A DNA stretch of 51,021 nt, filler included, from Basidioascus undulatus (GCA_000826855.1; 3 parts of 3 records of this genome joined end to end with filler, not necessarily neighbours in it); one strand, 5' to 3'. Positions 35,931 through 48,916 are shown, counted from the first letter of the whole stretch. Translations and numbers: made by a program. The notes: generated by a model not told the origin, from the letters alone.

Positions 35931-36498
35931 ACGGAGTGGAGGGATTGGAGGAGCGGGAAAGCTTACATACTCTCTCATTCTACCGCTGGGCCCCCTTGAC
36001 CCACCATTTTACACCGTGGACCGGTGGACGTTGGATTCATGGGTCACCTGGAAGACTAGTGGTCCACTGGACCACTGAATTCAATGTAGGATAGCTCTGG
36101 TGACCTTGACTGGGACAAACCACACAGCGTCAACAAGGTACTACAGGATTGGGCTTGCGTATGGCTCTGTAGAGCCGCGGAGCTCTGTGTACAGCTCATA
36201 TATTAGAGAATACTCCCTCTTCTGTATATGGCTTGGTTCAAGTTAGGCAAAACGGACCGCATTCCGACAAAATGCCAGTGTGGCGAACACACGCCGCGAT
36301 GGCAACAGAAGAGGGTTGACGAGGCCGCCTGACTCTCAGACGAGACCCCCAGTTTCCGGCGGAAAGGGGGGGGGGGAGAGCGGATAAGTGTTTCGGTAAC
36401 TTGAAATCCAGAAGATCGATGAACAGTACCGCATCGAACCGGTACATTGCGGTGCCTGGCGGCGTCTCCGCCTTCCTGTTCAACTGCCTTCCAATCAG

Positions 36499-36530
36499 TA
36501 TGAACCTTTGGCAATATGAACCTTTGGCAA
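36499..36530. repeat. perfect 16-bp tandem duplication TATGAACCTTTGGCAA x2
   Basis: Read directly from the sequence. Confidence 0.9.
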
Positions 36531-38447
36531 GTCGAAAGACTGCTCAAGTTTACAAGTCCCATGAAGTTTCCATCATAAGCGCGCCCGAAAGACTACGATG
36601 GAAGAGGGTGCGGTCGGGAGGTACCTGGCAGCGTGATCAGAGCGCGGCGCCTCCCCATTTCCCTTTTCTTTCGGCCTTTCTAGCTTCGCGGCTTAGGTTT
36701 GCCTGCAGATAGCTGGCCTTTTCGAATTGAGCCTCTTTATCTTCATGCCTTAGGATTGCAGGCAGCTTCCCGGGCATTCACTCGTTCAAACACAGGCCTG
36801 TCCTGACTGCACTGCGGCATAATAAACTACAGGCGTCGGTACGGCAGTCTGGCTCCGTTCATCTCAAGGAAAGTGACGAAGTGTAAATCCAGTTGGGGAA
36901 AAAATTGCTTATATAAATATCTGGAAGCACAGGTTGGGTTGATTAGATGGTTCACAAGGATTAGGAATGGCAGTTCTGGAGGGTGGATGCGTTCGCCAGA
37001 CACAACTGGACAGCTGGGGACCGAAATCCCATCCCAAATAATCCCTGACTGCCTACTTTGTGGCAGTTATCGGGAATTTGTGTATGAAGAATGAGACAGC
37101 GGTTTGGACATTCAGGTACGGCACTAGCATGCGGCAGGCACGTTGTGGGCGCTCTGATGCGAGATCGTGGAAGCCGAGGGTAGTGCAGTCCGCCCCACCC
37201 CCCGACATCCGGCCTACGACTCTTCGGTACTGGAAAGATCTTCAGGACAGAGAGAAACTCGCGGGTCTGACTTTCTAATATTAAGCAGTAGAAGTTTGAG
37301 GGTACGCAGGTTTGTAACGCGCAGCTTGTAGCCAGGAGGTTGGCTGAACGAGGGAGTCATGGCGCCGAAGCACTAGTAGAGGGTATAGGTGTGTATGCGG
37401 AACCGATCACGAGAAGATTGTCACACATGCACTCTGAACCGGTAACCCGGTCGTGTGAGTCGTGGGGAAACCACAGCAACCTCAGGCACCCGCTCTTGCC
37501 CAGCGCTTGTGAGAATGACTAGGTCAACTCTTTATCATAGCTTCGGACCCAATCGACCCGCACACGTACTGAACTCTGGCAAGAATCAGTCACGCATGCT
37601 CTGCGGCAGACGCTGTTAGACGCTGTTGTCGATCTGGTATTGGCTGCCGCGAGACACCGCGCCTACCTGAACCGCATTACCCGGCTTATCATTCGCTTAC
37701 CAGCATATTAAGGGAACAGGGGAAGTAACTATGTCATTGCAGAGGTTCGCGGGGTAAGGGGGGGCAGCAACCGACAGCAACCGAAGCATCATGAGATACA
37801 GGCAACAAGCACCCAACTGGCGGTCTAGGCTAACCGGGACCGAACATGGCTCGTACACACACGTCTTCAGGCGGACTGGAGGGAAAAAAGAGTCATAAAC
37901 TCATCGGCATTCGAAAGGTGACTGGGCAGTCTGAGTGGGCACAAAAAGAGCGTCGGCGAGGGGGGTCCATCTTGAGGGCACGGCGCTCCGCTGTCTTGCC
38001 AGCAAACCTCTTTATACCAGCCATATACTAATCGGCCATATATGATCAGGGACGCGGGCGGTTAAAATGGGGAATCTCGTGAGTGATCGCGAGGCCTCGT
38101 GAACATGCAGTTGTTGACAGCGCTTGTCCACCGCCAGCGCGCTGGGCTGTTATGGCTTATCACGCGCCCACTGCCTTCCCGCCTCGACGCGCCGGTTGCA
38201 TGACGATTCGTCAGATCCCAATTTTCCGGCCCGCCCTCCGCCAATGTGCAGTCATATGAGATATGAGAGACATGGGTCTTTTCCCCTCGCTATGGCTGCC
38301 GGAAACATAAGAGTTTCAGGCGTCTTCTCTTTGTCTGCTCGACGCCTCCACGCTGCTTCGCCTCAAGCGAACCACCTCCGCTGCGACTCCACTTAACCCG
38401 CATCCCACTCAAACGAACCTTATACATACCCGCGCGAACGAGTCACC

Positions 38448-41042
38448 ATGCCTGCCTCTTTCAAGGGCGACAGTAAACAGGCGGCCAAGGTCTCTGTCGA
38501 AGACGTGTCGATCCCGCTGGAGTCCCAAGGGCGCGGCGACATCGCAGATTTCATTCGCGAAGCTGGCGCCGAGGACGGTGTGGACATTGAAGTCACTGGG
38601 GAGGACAATAAGCGTATTTTGAGACGGATTGATATGTATCTGATGCCGTTGATGGTGAGCCTTTTTCTTTTTTGGCTGCGCAGCGCTGAAGTCTTTCTCA
38701 GGACCATCTGACCCTCCCCGTATCTACATAGTGCGTTACCTACATTATTCAATACATCGACAAAAGCGCCTTGAACTACGCCGCCGTCTACGGCCTTCAA
38801 TCGGTGCGTTCCTCTGGCCTTTAGCAACGGTCGGCGGCGGATCACTTACAGTGGCTGCAGGATTTGGGCCTTCACGGAAACCAGTACTCAAACCTGACCA
38901 CCCTTTTCTATGTCGTACGTCGCGCATAGAGTCCCCCTCCCTAATGCCTTGCTGACGACCCCCTGCAACGTAGGGATACCTCATCGCCGAATACCCGCTT
39001 GCCTAGTACGCAACGCCGGTCCGTGTGGTCGTACATGCACCAGCTGATCCATCCTTGTTCACAGCGTCGCGCAACGCTTCCACCTCCGCTATGTTTTGTC
39101 TATCGTCGCGTTCCTCTGGGTAAAGATCCTTTTTTCCGGACTGGCCGGTTACTACAACTGGCAGATGGCGCTCTTCTCAGGGATGGGTCATGATGGCTGC
39201 CGCACTTTGCGAAAACTACCGCGGGATTGCCGCCCAGCGCTTCTTCCTTGGCTGCCTCGAGTGCATCATCACTCCCATGTAAGGCTTAGTTTTTGTAAAA
39301 CCCTCAAACAACTGGCTCACAAGATGCCGCCGGTGACTCCTTAGCTTCGTCCTCGTTACTGGCATGTGGTACACGCGTAAGGAGCAGCCCCTGCGAATCG
39401 GTATCTGGTACTCCATGTAAGTCGGCTTGGCCATCCGCTACCCATTATTAATCGTTACTTATGTCAAACCGATCCCCCTCACAGGAACGGTGTCGGGCAG
39501 ATGTGTGCCGGGGCCATCTCCGTCGGTTGGTCGCCATCGTTCTTAAGACTTGACATGTATTGCGACTGCAAAGCTGACACTTTTCTTGGTGTCCAGGTCT
39601 TGGCCGGATTCACCACAACAACATTCCCTCTTGGAAGGTATGTTGTCAACCTTGGCGTAGTTTCCGGTATAGGCGTCTATTTTCGAGGCTACCTATTCTT
39701 CCGCCGATGCAGTGGCTGTTCATCCTTTTCGGCGGTGTTACGGTCCTCTGGTCGATTGTCCTCTTCTGGTTCTTCCCGTCCTCGCCGATGAACTCGCGCT
39801 GGTTTAGCAAGCAAGACGCCGTCAGGGCACTTCTCCGCGTGAAGGCCAACAACGTAAGCGCTTCGAGCATTCTTTGTGCTTGAAACAACTCGTGTTCGCG
39901 CTGGGATTCTGAAAACTTGGCCGTGGGCATGCGATATTAGACCGGTGTCATCGATCACAAGATCAAGATCTCGCAGATCGTCGATGCCTTCAACGACGTC
40001 CAGACTTACATGATTTTCATGATTGTCCTCCTCGTTTCCATCACGTATGTCCCACTCGCGCTCCTCCTCCGTATGAACAGTTCACAAACACGTTCCCTAC
40101 CACCCAGAAATGGCATCGCGAACTTCAAAGGCCTAATCACGAAGCAGCTCGGTTACAACAATGAGGAGTCCGCCGCCTTTAGCGTCTCGCTTGGAGCCTC
40201 GCAGGTATTCTGGATGACCCTCTTCTCGTAAGAATTTTTTGCTTCCTTGATGGTCAAGACCGATTCACTGATAGGACTTATCTAAATTTATAGCTACCTG
40301 ACGACGGTGTGGAACAACAGCCGCTTGTGGCTTTCGATGATCGCTCTCATTCCTGTGCGTCTCCCGTATAGCACCCCCGATGGAACGAATCTTACGAGTT
40401 CCTTTGCTTGCAGACACTGGTTGGACTGCTTTTGCAGCTCTTGCTGAAGAAGGCGCAGGGAAAGATCAAGCTTCTCGGCCTTCACTTTATTGTACGCTTG
40501 CTTTCGCTTGAGCAAGCCACTGTAGGGCAGCCCTGACCGAAATCGCGCAACAGCTCTCCTACGTCACGACTTCCTCCCTGGCGCTTGGCCTGCCTGCACA
40601 AAACTGCGCCGGGTACACGAAGAGGACCACTGTCTCCGCCTTGGCCTTCCTTGCGTACTCGGCCGGGAACATGAGTAAGCATTGCACGATGAAAACGTTT
40701 CACCGCAGACAAAGTCTCACACTTTGCTGCCTTCCTTTTTTTGCAGTTGGACCCCAAGCGTTCCTCCCTGGCCAGGACCCGGCTTTCTTCACCGGTCAGT
40801 GTCAATTTTTCTTGCTGTAGGGCCAACCAACTCTGAACTGTCTCGTGCCCTTCATTCTAGGCATAATGACCTGCATTGGCTGCATTGGCGGTATCTGCGT
40901 CCTGTGCCCTCTCCTGCGCTTCTACTATATGTGGCAGAACCGCCAGCGGGATGCTGCGAAGGCAGCAGGAAATGTGCGTGAGACGGCGGACTTCGCTGAC
41001 GAGACGGACAGGGAGAACCCCAACTTCCGTTACGTGCTTTGA
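38448..41042 (+). CDS. MFS transporter, Dal5/allantoate permease (ACS) family; 17 exons
   Basis: Intact spliced frame: ILRRIDMYLMPLM|CVTYIIQYIDKSALNYAA, QRFFLGCLE, MWYTRKEQPLRIGIWYSM|NG, SWK|WLFI, NCAGYTKR, GNMIGPQ, DETDRENPNFRYVL*. Confidence 0.95.
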
Positions 41043-41229
41043 GCAGTTTTTCGGGGCTTCCACTTTTGCGTGGCTTCCGTCCTATTTTTCACACCGTCCT
41101 ATACTATTCACGTCCAGCATACTGCATTCGATTTTGCTTTATACGTCTACATAAAAAGAGAGAGCAGAGTGCGATAGTCAAGGGAAGGACCGCTGCATTG
41201 CTGCCCTTTTTTATTCTCATGCTCAAGGT

Positions 41230-41600
41230 CTGTTCGTGCGGCCTAGAGAACCAGCTGTTCTACTCGTCAGTTTCCGGGCAGTGGTTGTTGGTGGCCAAAG
41301 CAGAAGGCTCGTTAGGGGGCATAATCCGCGTGCAACGGCGAGTGTTTACCAAGAAAGATGGTCAGGGAATCAGGTCCATTTTGATGCTACAACAACCCTG
41401 TGTATGTCTGTAAAACAAGTACGTACCTAGTCATTTGGGTGGTGCTATAATGTCGACTGAAGCGTGCGACAGTCTTTGCTGCAACGATGCTGCTTGCTTG
41501 GCTTGGGGGCGGGGTGCGCTAAAACCCAGTCGCTGATAGACAGTCAATATTTAATTGTATTAATTGGAACTGCTCAAGGGTGCATACGGATCCGTGCAGA
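41230..41600 (+). mobile_element. decayed Ty1/copia reverse transcriptase relic
   Basis: QWLLVAKAEG...IIRVQRRVFTKKDGQG resembles the copia RT start TW.LV..P.G...I...WVF..K.D..G. Downstream sequence is degraded. Confidence 0.45.
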
Positions 41601-41851
41601 AAGCCGGCCAAGGCGGGTAAAAATGAACGCCTGGCCATCCCCTCTATCGTTTAGTTGACAGCCCTGTGTTTGATTTCAAGGCTCTTTTAGCTAGTCCAGT
41701 TCATTTGCTAAGATTTCTGTGACGGCGAGCCTCAGCCTGCGCTGTTCGCTGTAGATCCATCCAGTGAACCGCGGTTACATTCCGCGGCCCCCCGCTCTGA
41801 CTCACGTCGCTTCTCGCCTGGAGTCGCTTCGACTCTGCCATCACATCCATC

Positions 41852-42807
41852 ATGTCCAAATCGGTCGGTACGGTTCGCTGTCTGCTACCCACGCGGTTGT
41901 CATGACTCAACTTGTGACCCCAGTATTCGTCACCGGCAACGCTAACAAGCTGCGCGAGGTGCGCGCCATTCTCGCCTCCGGCGGAGTGCCCCTTGAGCTC
42001 GAGTCTCGGGCGCTGGACCGTGCGTGCTTTCTTCTCAAATGACCTTTGGCTTCTGCAGTGCAAATTCGTATCCTTGACTGACGTGGTGGGCTTTGGACAG
42101 TCCCCGAGGTACAGGGTGCCTCGACGCAGGAAGTCGCTCTGGAGAAGGTGAAGGAGGCTGCTAAAATTGTGCGTCTTCCTTCATTTCTTCCTTTCTCTAG
42201 TGCATAGAACATGCTGAGAGTGTGAGTCACGGAAGGTCAACGGCCCGGTCATCACGGAGGACACAGCCCTCTGCTTCCGGGCGATGTCCGACCTGCCGGG
42301 CCCTTACATCAAGTGGTTCCTCCAAAAGCTGGGTCACGAGGGTACGGTCCTTTTTCTTCCCTCACCCATCTCCATTTTATCGTCCTCGTCCCCTATTCTG
42401 TTTTCCCGGCTCCTCACTCTTCCGGCTGCATCACGGAACAGGCCTCAACAAGATGCTCTCCGGCTTCTCCGACCCCCGCGCGTACGCGCTCTGCACCTTC
42501 GCCTACTCCCCAGGGCCCGGTGCCGAGCCCCTTCTCTTCGAGGGACGCACGGAGGGGAAGATCGTCCCTCCGCGCGGACCGACGAACTTCGGGTGGGACC
42601 CTATTTTCCAGCCGGAAGAGGGAGAAGGGAAGACGTGAGCGTTTTCCTTCTTTACTGGAAATCGGTTGGACGCTGATTGTAGATCGGCATTGGTTCGGCG
42701 ACAGCTACGCCGAGATGAAGTCGGAGGACAAGAACAAGATCAGCCATAGGTACAGGGCGCTGGAGAAGTTGAGGAAGTATTTGGAGGATCACCCGCCGAG
42801 CTCGTGA
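41852..42807 (+). CDS. HAM1: inosine triphosphate pyrophosphatase (Ham1/ITPA); exons 41852-41867, 41924-42019, 42101-42168, 42236-42341, 42442-42634, 42705-42807
   Basis: [47 protein letters not shown]...KNKISHR. Confidence 0.97.
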
Positions 42808-43780
42808 GGGAAATGGAGAGACAGATAGACAGCGCAATAGGCTCGGATTGTGTTTTTTTAACCATTACTTCCAATTTCGGTGCGCTTGCTCTGCGCAACG
42901 CATTTCGATTCGCCTCGAAGGCCCCGAAGGCCTCATTAAATCAATTGGTCTTTCACTCTCGCCCCATTCAAAGAAATCGCACGTCAACACGACTGACTCC
43001 ATTGGACCGTGCTAATGTTTTGACCAGTCTATCGTACGATGTCTTATCTTCTCTCTCGCTATGCCTTATTCGGGCGGGCGCAAAAGCTGGCAGTAGGGGA
43101 TCGATCGCCCTGGATTCCTATCGCCGATCCAGCTGTTTCTCGGATACTTCCCGATCAACATATCACTCGTGGGCGCGCGTACTTCTATTGACGCGCGACG
43201 TCGCGGAAGATAGCCGTTCAAGCATTGGAGTGCTCGTCTTGTGGCCCACCTCGCTAGGGTCTACAGACGCCTAAATCCGCCACCGAGTGATGTCAGCGCC
43301 TAGAGACGCATGCCTCACTTGTTCAAAGGTTGAAGCGGCCGGAAGCGACCGCCATATGGCTGTCAGCGTCGTATACAGCAAGCATAGAGAAGCGTTGATT
43401 GAGGGCTCAAATCAGGGGCTAAGGCAGACTAGAGTCGTCATTGGGGGAACTTGACTGGTTCAAAAATCTCTTAGAACGTGTTATGTGGGATGCTACGCAA
43501 AGAGGTGGACGAGTAAATTCAGGAGCGCTGGTGAGTGCTGCGGTAAGAGTTTGACGCAGCTGTAGCACAACCCGAGCAGTCTGGTGTCGTATACTTGAAC
43601 AGACTTGCACAAATAAGCTATTCACATGTTATGTATGCGTGCAACGGGACGACGGGAGCTGTTGGAAGATTGACAAACGGCGAGAAAATGTCCAAAGTGA
43701 GGTATCCAGACAGACGATGCAAATATGTTTGAAACCGTGGTGCTAACCTTCAAACAGAGGGGAAAAGAAATGAGGAAATT

Positions 43781-44746
43781 CTAGAGGGGAAGAGGATCCT
43801 GGCCGGAGAGGATGAGGAGAACAGCGTCGAGGGAGAGGATGCTGTGGGTACTGCAGCGAGAGAAAAACGCGAGTCAACGGTCTGGCGCAGTGCCATGAAG
43901 CAGGAAGGAGCATACGCGGTGTTCTCGAACGAGTCGCCATCGATGGAAACGTAGTGACCGTTGAGGACATGCACGAAGATGTCGAGAATGGCACTGCGAA
44001 TGCGGATGGCAGGTGACGGTCAGCGTTCCGGCACAATGATCGAATATGGGGAGGAAAGGCTCACAGGTTGTCGGCAGTGTAACGGTGATTCAGGAGGGCT
44101 GCGAAAAGCTTGATGTCGAACGGGATACCGTGCCTGTGTCGTCGGGCAGCAGCAGCGTCAGTCCTTCGATCGTGCGAGGTGAGGGGGTAGAGGAAGAGAC
44201 GAACGAGTCGACAAAGCCTGGGTAGGAGTAGTAGTGGTCCACGATGAACACGAGGAGGTCGATGGCGACCAACGTGCCAGAGCTGTCGTCATCATGCGGA
44301 TGATCCATGAGCGTCACACCCTCTGTGCAGCCAGGAAGTGAGGAAACGCACCCGTCCACGAACTCACCGTCCACGAAGTGAAACACTGGCTTGAGGAGGG
44401 AGATGTACGCGTCCATGTCGATGAGCCTGGCATGTCATCCGCCCCTCAGCCTCAGCATGCTCCTCCGAGACCCACGGAGGCTGCATCAAAACTCACGAGT
44501 AGTCGAAGCGCTTGTCGATGGCGTTCGCGCCGTCGGCGACGAGGTTGCGCGACTGGACCTTGGCATGCCCAGCGGGGTTGAGCAAGTGGCCGTCAACACG
44601 ACTGATGATCCTGAAAGGTAATGAGAAATAAGTTTCAGTAAAGTGATAACGTGAAGATGGCAATCGGCAAGGACGAACAGCGAGGGGGCGGCAGCCGCGA
44701 AGGGAAGAAGGGCGCCAAGAGCGATGAGGGTGGTGGTGAAACGCAT
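43781..44746 (-). CDS. small secreted protein (183 aa) with degenerate internal repeats; exons 44746-44679, 44610-44497, 44426-44352, 44282-44205, 44133-44065, 43993-43916, 43850-43781
   Basis: Signal peptide MRFTTTLIALGALLPFAAA-AP; a pro-region ending in DKR (Kex2-type); six GT-AG introns give a continuous 552-nt CDS; a TATA-like CATAAAA lies near 44870. Confidence 0.8.
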
Positions 44747-45357
44747 CTAGAGGGAAGGGGTGGAGATGGAGAAGTTCAAGGAGATGAAGTGGTTGAGGCT
44801 CGAAGGAGTGGTGGGAAGCGGTCGAAGAGTGAGATGAGGTTCGGTAGCTGCTCAAGGCCGGCCTTTTATGTCCTCTGCGATGTTTAATCGTCGTATCGCA
44901 GACTGGCGTTGCAAACCCTCTTAACGCCAGAGACGTCATGAGGATGGCGTGGTTGGAATACCGGGTCTCGGAGAGCGGGTGCGAATATTAAACAAGAGAC
45001 AGGGGCGCAGTCTGAACTGCAAAAGTGGAAGTACCGCGATGCCACGGAATATCGATTTGAGGATGGACCGCCTCTCCTCACCGAGCCTGCCTGAACTGTC
45101 CGTTGGTCCAGTCTGAAACGCTGGGTGGCATTTGTCTGAGCCAAGCCTGACCAGGTGTTGGGCGATCTTGACAAGATCCACTTGCAAAGGCAGCGTACGC
45201 AGCCTCAGTCCAGGCTGCAATGTGCGCTTCTTACGCGTAAGTTGTCGAATGTACAGTGTCTTCTGAATTTTGTGGTGTATAAAAGGGTTCGAAGTTCAAA
45301 TACGTTTAGTAAAAGGCGGAGCGCAAATCCATTGTCGAAGTGTGCCTCCTTCGACGT

Positions 45358-48044
45358 TCAAGCATCGTCGCCCCGGTAGGCGTCCGTGTTCAAGATGAGA
45401 GAGTAAATCCACCTGACCGCGTTCAGGTGCCCATCCTACAAACTTCATTCAGCAAAAGTGTAAACGATTGTGCAGATACGACCACTTACTATGTGCATTC
45501 TTTCGTCTACCGCATGCTGTCGGACCTGTCGCTGTCGCGGAGGGGATTAAACCGGTAGATGTTGCTGGTAAGGTTCCAGTAGTATCTCGTGTCCTGCATG
45601 TGAGCGTTAGTGGAGGAGTTGAAGAATAGCGGTGAATGGAGGAATGACGGACGTTGTTCCCTTTCATCATGATAGGGCTAACGATGTGGATTCTCCCCAG
45701 AGAGACCTGTAGTTGATGCGCATTAGACAAGCATTTACGCCACCATTCCCAATTTAGAGTACGCACTTGACGGTTCCCGCAAAGACACTTTTGGTAGCGG
45801 GCCCGTCAGCTAGAACGCAAGGATGGCGGTGCTGAAATACGGTACATACTCCCATGCACCCCCGGAAGCTGGCGTCACAGGAGATGCCTCCTGCACAAAC
45901 GGCGCTTCAAATCGCACATAGCCCGTCAAACCAGATGGGACGTCCTCGTCAAAGTTTGAGGTGCCTCAAACGAATATTGCAGTGAGCGTGGGTGCCTGAG
46001 TGGGACGTCGAGGACATTGACCGATCAGAGGAAGACTTGAACTTCCCGACCGCAGGCTTAAGAAGCTTCACAAAGTGTGCTTTCAGCCTGCACGCGCGCG
46101 CGGTGGGTCAGCGTTCCATTTCGACGAGCTTGGAAATTGGAACGTACTTGGCGCCGGAAAACTCTGCGGCGATGCGGTGATTGGTACTAGCGCTGGCCTG
46201 TATCGATACCGTTAACGGAATGTTGAACATAGTCCTCCGACATGGATGGACTGACAATCTCAGGAAGCGCGTTGGTCTTGACGCCGCCGTTGAAGATGGT
46301 GACAGCCTGCGTTGTTTGACGGAGTCCTGGAAAAGAAAGATGTCAGATCGCGGCGATGAGACGCATACATGCCGTCGACTCACGCCGGTTGACCAAGCTC
46401 CTGCTCGCAAAGAGCTCAGCTGCCTCCGGCCACCGGCGGACGTCGAGAAGCGTCGTGCGCAGGTGCTCGTCAATGTCGGCATGCTCTGCGAGACACTGCG
46501 CGTAGCTGGAGAAAGGGTTCTGAGCCGTAAGCTACAAACACATTAAATGGGCGTCAGTGCTCAGTGCTCCGTGCTTCGTCCGCCCTGATCGATTTGACCC
46601 GACTTGATGACTGAATGAGTTGTTCTCGAGCGTCGCAACGAGAGAGGCCAATATGCCAATACCGGTATGCGGGGGGCTGTGGGAGAACACGAGACTGTCA
46701 AAGATGGCATGGCTACATGGTAGGCGGCAACTGAGCACTCACGGAACGGCGGTGTGCCGCCCTGAGTAACCACGGTGATCTTGACATTCCCAGAACCTTT
46801 CTCGCTCTGGACATAGGCCAGCGAGTCAGCCACCTGCGCTTTGGGGATACAACGGAAGCGCACCAGGGCAGGCGTGGCGAAAGTTCGCCCAAAGTGGTCC
46901 ATCTTGATACTCTCGCCCTCGTCAAATACAGCGAACATGCTGCAAGGACCGTAGATCTCCTCGATGTGCCTGGACAGGTATCCACCGCTTTGCTGAGGCT
47001 CCGCGGTTGGCCGGACCAGTCAGCGAATGCGTAGTCAGCCGGGCATGCAGTAAACACGCACGAGCTTCCCACCCTCCTCGTCAAAACCAAACCGATAGCA
47101 GCACCGTCCGAGCAGAGGTGAACCCCTCCTTGAGGAGCGCCTCGACGGCAGCCAGAATATCGATGCTGATGGCGATCGTCAGCGACGCAGTTCTCGTTTC
47201 GGGCCGGCCTGTGCAGCTTACAGCAGGTTTTTACAATCTCCAGAGCCTGCAAGAGGACCGACCATAATAAGTTATATCATAGCAATAGTGTAGAATAGTC
47301 CAAACTGTATAGCTTCCCTCGTCCCCAAAGCCAGCCGTCCTCGTCGTAAAGACCACTGAACGGAAAGGGGGTCCAGCGAGGAAACGTTTCCTCGGGTACC
47401 GGCACAGTGTCCTGTAACGGTATCATCTGTTATACGCGTTCGGTAATTCACCAACAGCACTACCTGATCGGCCATGATAACTGATGGCGGCCATCGTAAG
47501 CCACGCGATTGAAAAGTCAAGTCGATGCGAAGACGCACTGATAGGCTTCAAGCTCGCGTCCGAGCCCTTTCAGGTGAAGAGCAGTCCGTGAGTAAACACA
47601 TTCGTGAACTCGAGCGATGAGAAGCTATCGGACGTGAGGAGGTCAGTGTCAATTCGATGGACGGGGGAACGTTGAAGCAAGCTGACACGTCGGGAAAAGT
47701 GCGTTTGAGGTAGTCCTCGAATATGTGGAACGGTCGAACCGACGGTCTTGAACGACTGTACTCAGCTTCGGTCTAGTCTCAAGTCAAAATTGAAGTGCTC
47801 ACCCTCGCCCAAGGGCCCTAATCCTCAAGTACGGCGGGTTGGGCAGGGCAGGTGACGGGGAGCTCAGCGGAGCTTTGGTATGAGATTGTTGAAGGAAGAG
47901 AGGATGGTGTGCGAGTCGGACTTCGACAGGAACCACCCGATCGCGAGCGAGAGCACTGGTACGAGTGAGAATGCGAGGCAGATAGAGGGCTGCGCCGGCT
48001 GGCGGCGGCCTTGGGGCTCCAGAGGCTGGAGAGGTTCCCCCCAT
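45358..48044 (-). pseudogene. CPS1: carboxypeptidase S (M20 Gly-Xaa carboxypeptidase) pseudogene
   Basis: Motifs in order: TM anchor + CPAQP; FHIFEDYLKRTFP; HGLLFT*KGSDASLKP (TGA at 47570-47572 in place of Trp); MADQ|DTVPV (normally AHQD); WLWGRG; DCKN; GFDEE; FDEG; EKG; PPHTGIGIL; NGGVKTNALPE; DTRYYWNLT; VDE. Several frameshifts. Confidence 0.9.
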
Positions 48045-48916
48045 GGTGCAAAGGTTGCGGCAAGGAGGAAGACGAGGAGAACCGACGGATGTGGACTGCA
48101 CCGTTTGTCAAGCCGAGTTCGGGTCGAGGGCGTCGGAACAACCATCCGATCGCGGCACGTCGCTGCGTTGCACTGTAGGTACCTACTGCTGTCGACGGAA
48201 GGGCACCGCCGACTTCGAACCTTGGAAATGCGTTGAAAACTTTGGCATTACAGCGCCGAAAAGCCTTTATAACAGTCGGGCTCCGCAAATGTGCTACAAA
48301 GCTACCTAGTTGAAGTTGTACGGTGTCTTCCCCTATAAGGAAGGACCTCACCCCAGGCCACTGCGGTCTGAGGTGCTTTGAAGGTCCTGAGCACCCATAC
48401 TGAATATTTGATCAGTCTCGGAGACTGGTTCAAGATAGAGAAGGACACTTGTAGGACGCAACGGGCAGAGGGGGCTATGAAACGCCGCCGTTTCATGGAC
48501 GTCAACGAATGGAGCTGCGTCGAACGCATGCCTGGGCCTGCCTACTCTCCAATTGTTTAGGACTTGAATGCACTCTGAACTTCTTTATAGTGCTCACTTA
48601 ATCGTCAAAATGAGTTCACTTGAAACGCGTCCCGCCAGGAGTATACCGGCGGGGCTGCCCTTCATCGCCTTCACCGTGCCCTAAGTACAGCGGCGGCTGC
48701 TTCTCTATAAAACTCCCCCTCCTGGGTATAAATAATAAACCCTTAACCTCCGCCGTTTTGCTGCCACCTCAGGCTCATTTGGGTATGGAAAGTGTAAAAG
48801 GCGACTGCGAGCCATAACCGTAACTTGAACACGCTGGACTTGTCCGCGAGAGTCGCGCCTGGCATTCCCCTCATAACCTCATCTGCATCGCGTCCATCTT
48901 GCGCTCCACCTCGACC

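Noticed and set aside
36058..37785. Short palindrome AGTGGTCCA-C-TGGACCACT and 10-bp tandem duplications (AGACGCTGTT x2, CAGCAACCGA x2)
   Set aside because: They are isolated and short, with no regular spacing or array. No CRISPR-like or satellite structure was seen in the window.
38448..42807. Allantoate-permease-family gene next to HAM1 as a purine-metabolism cluster
   Set aside because: Dal5-family substrates are diverse, there are only two genes, and a transposon relic lies between them. No evidence of co-regulation.
47270..47760. Apparent copia RNase H motifs (LEAY..., PLSVQWS...ALGTREA)
   Set aside because: Other frames give much better carboxypeptidase S motifs with proper introns, so this is part of the CPS1 pseudogene.
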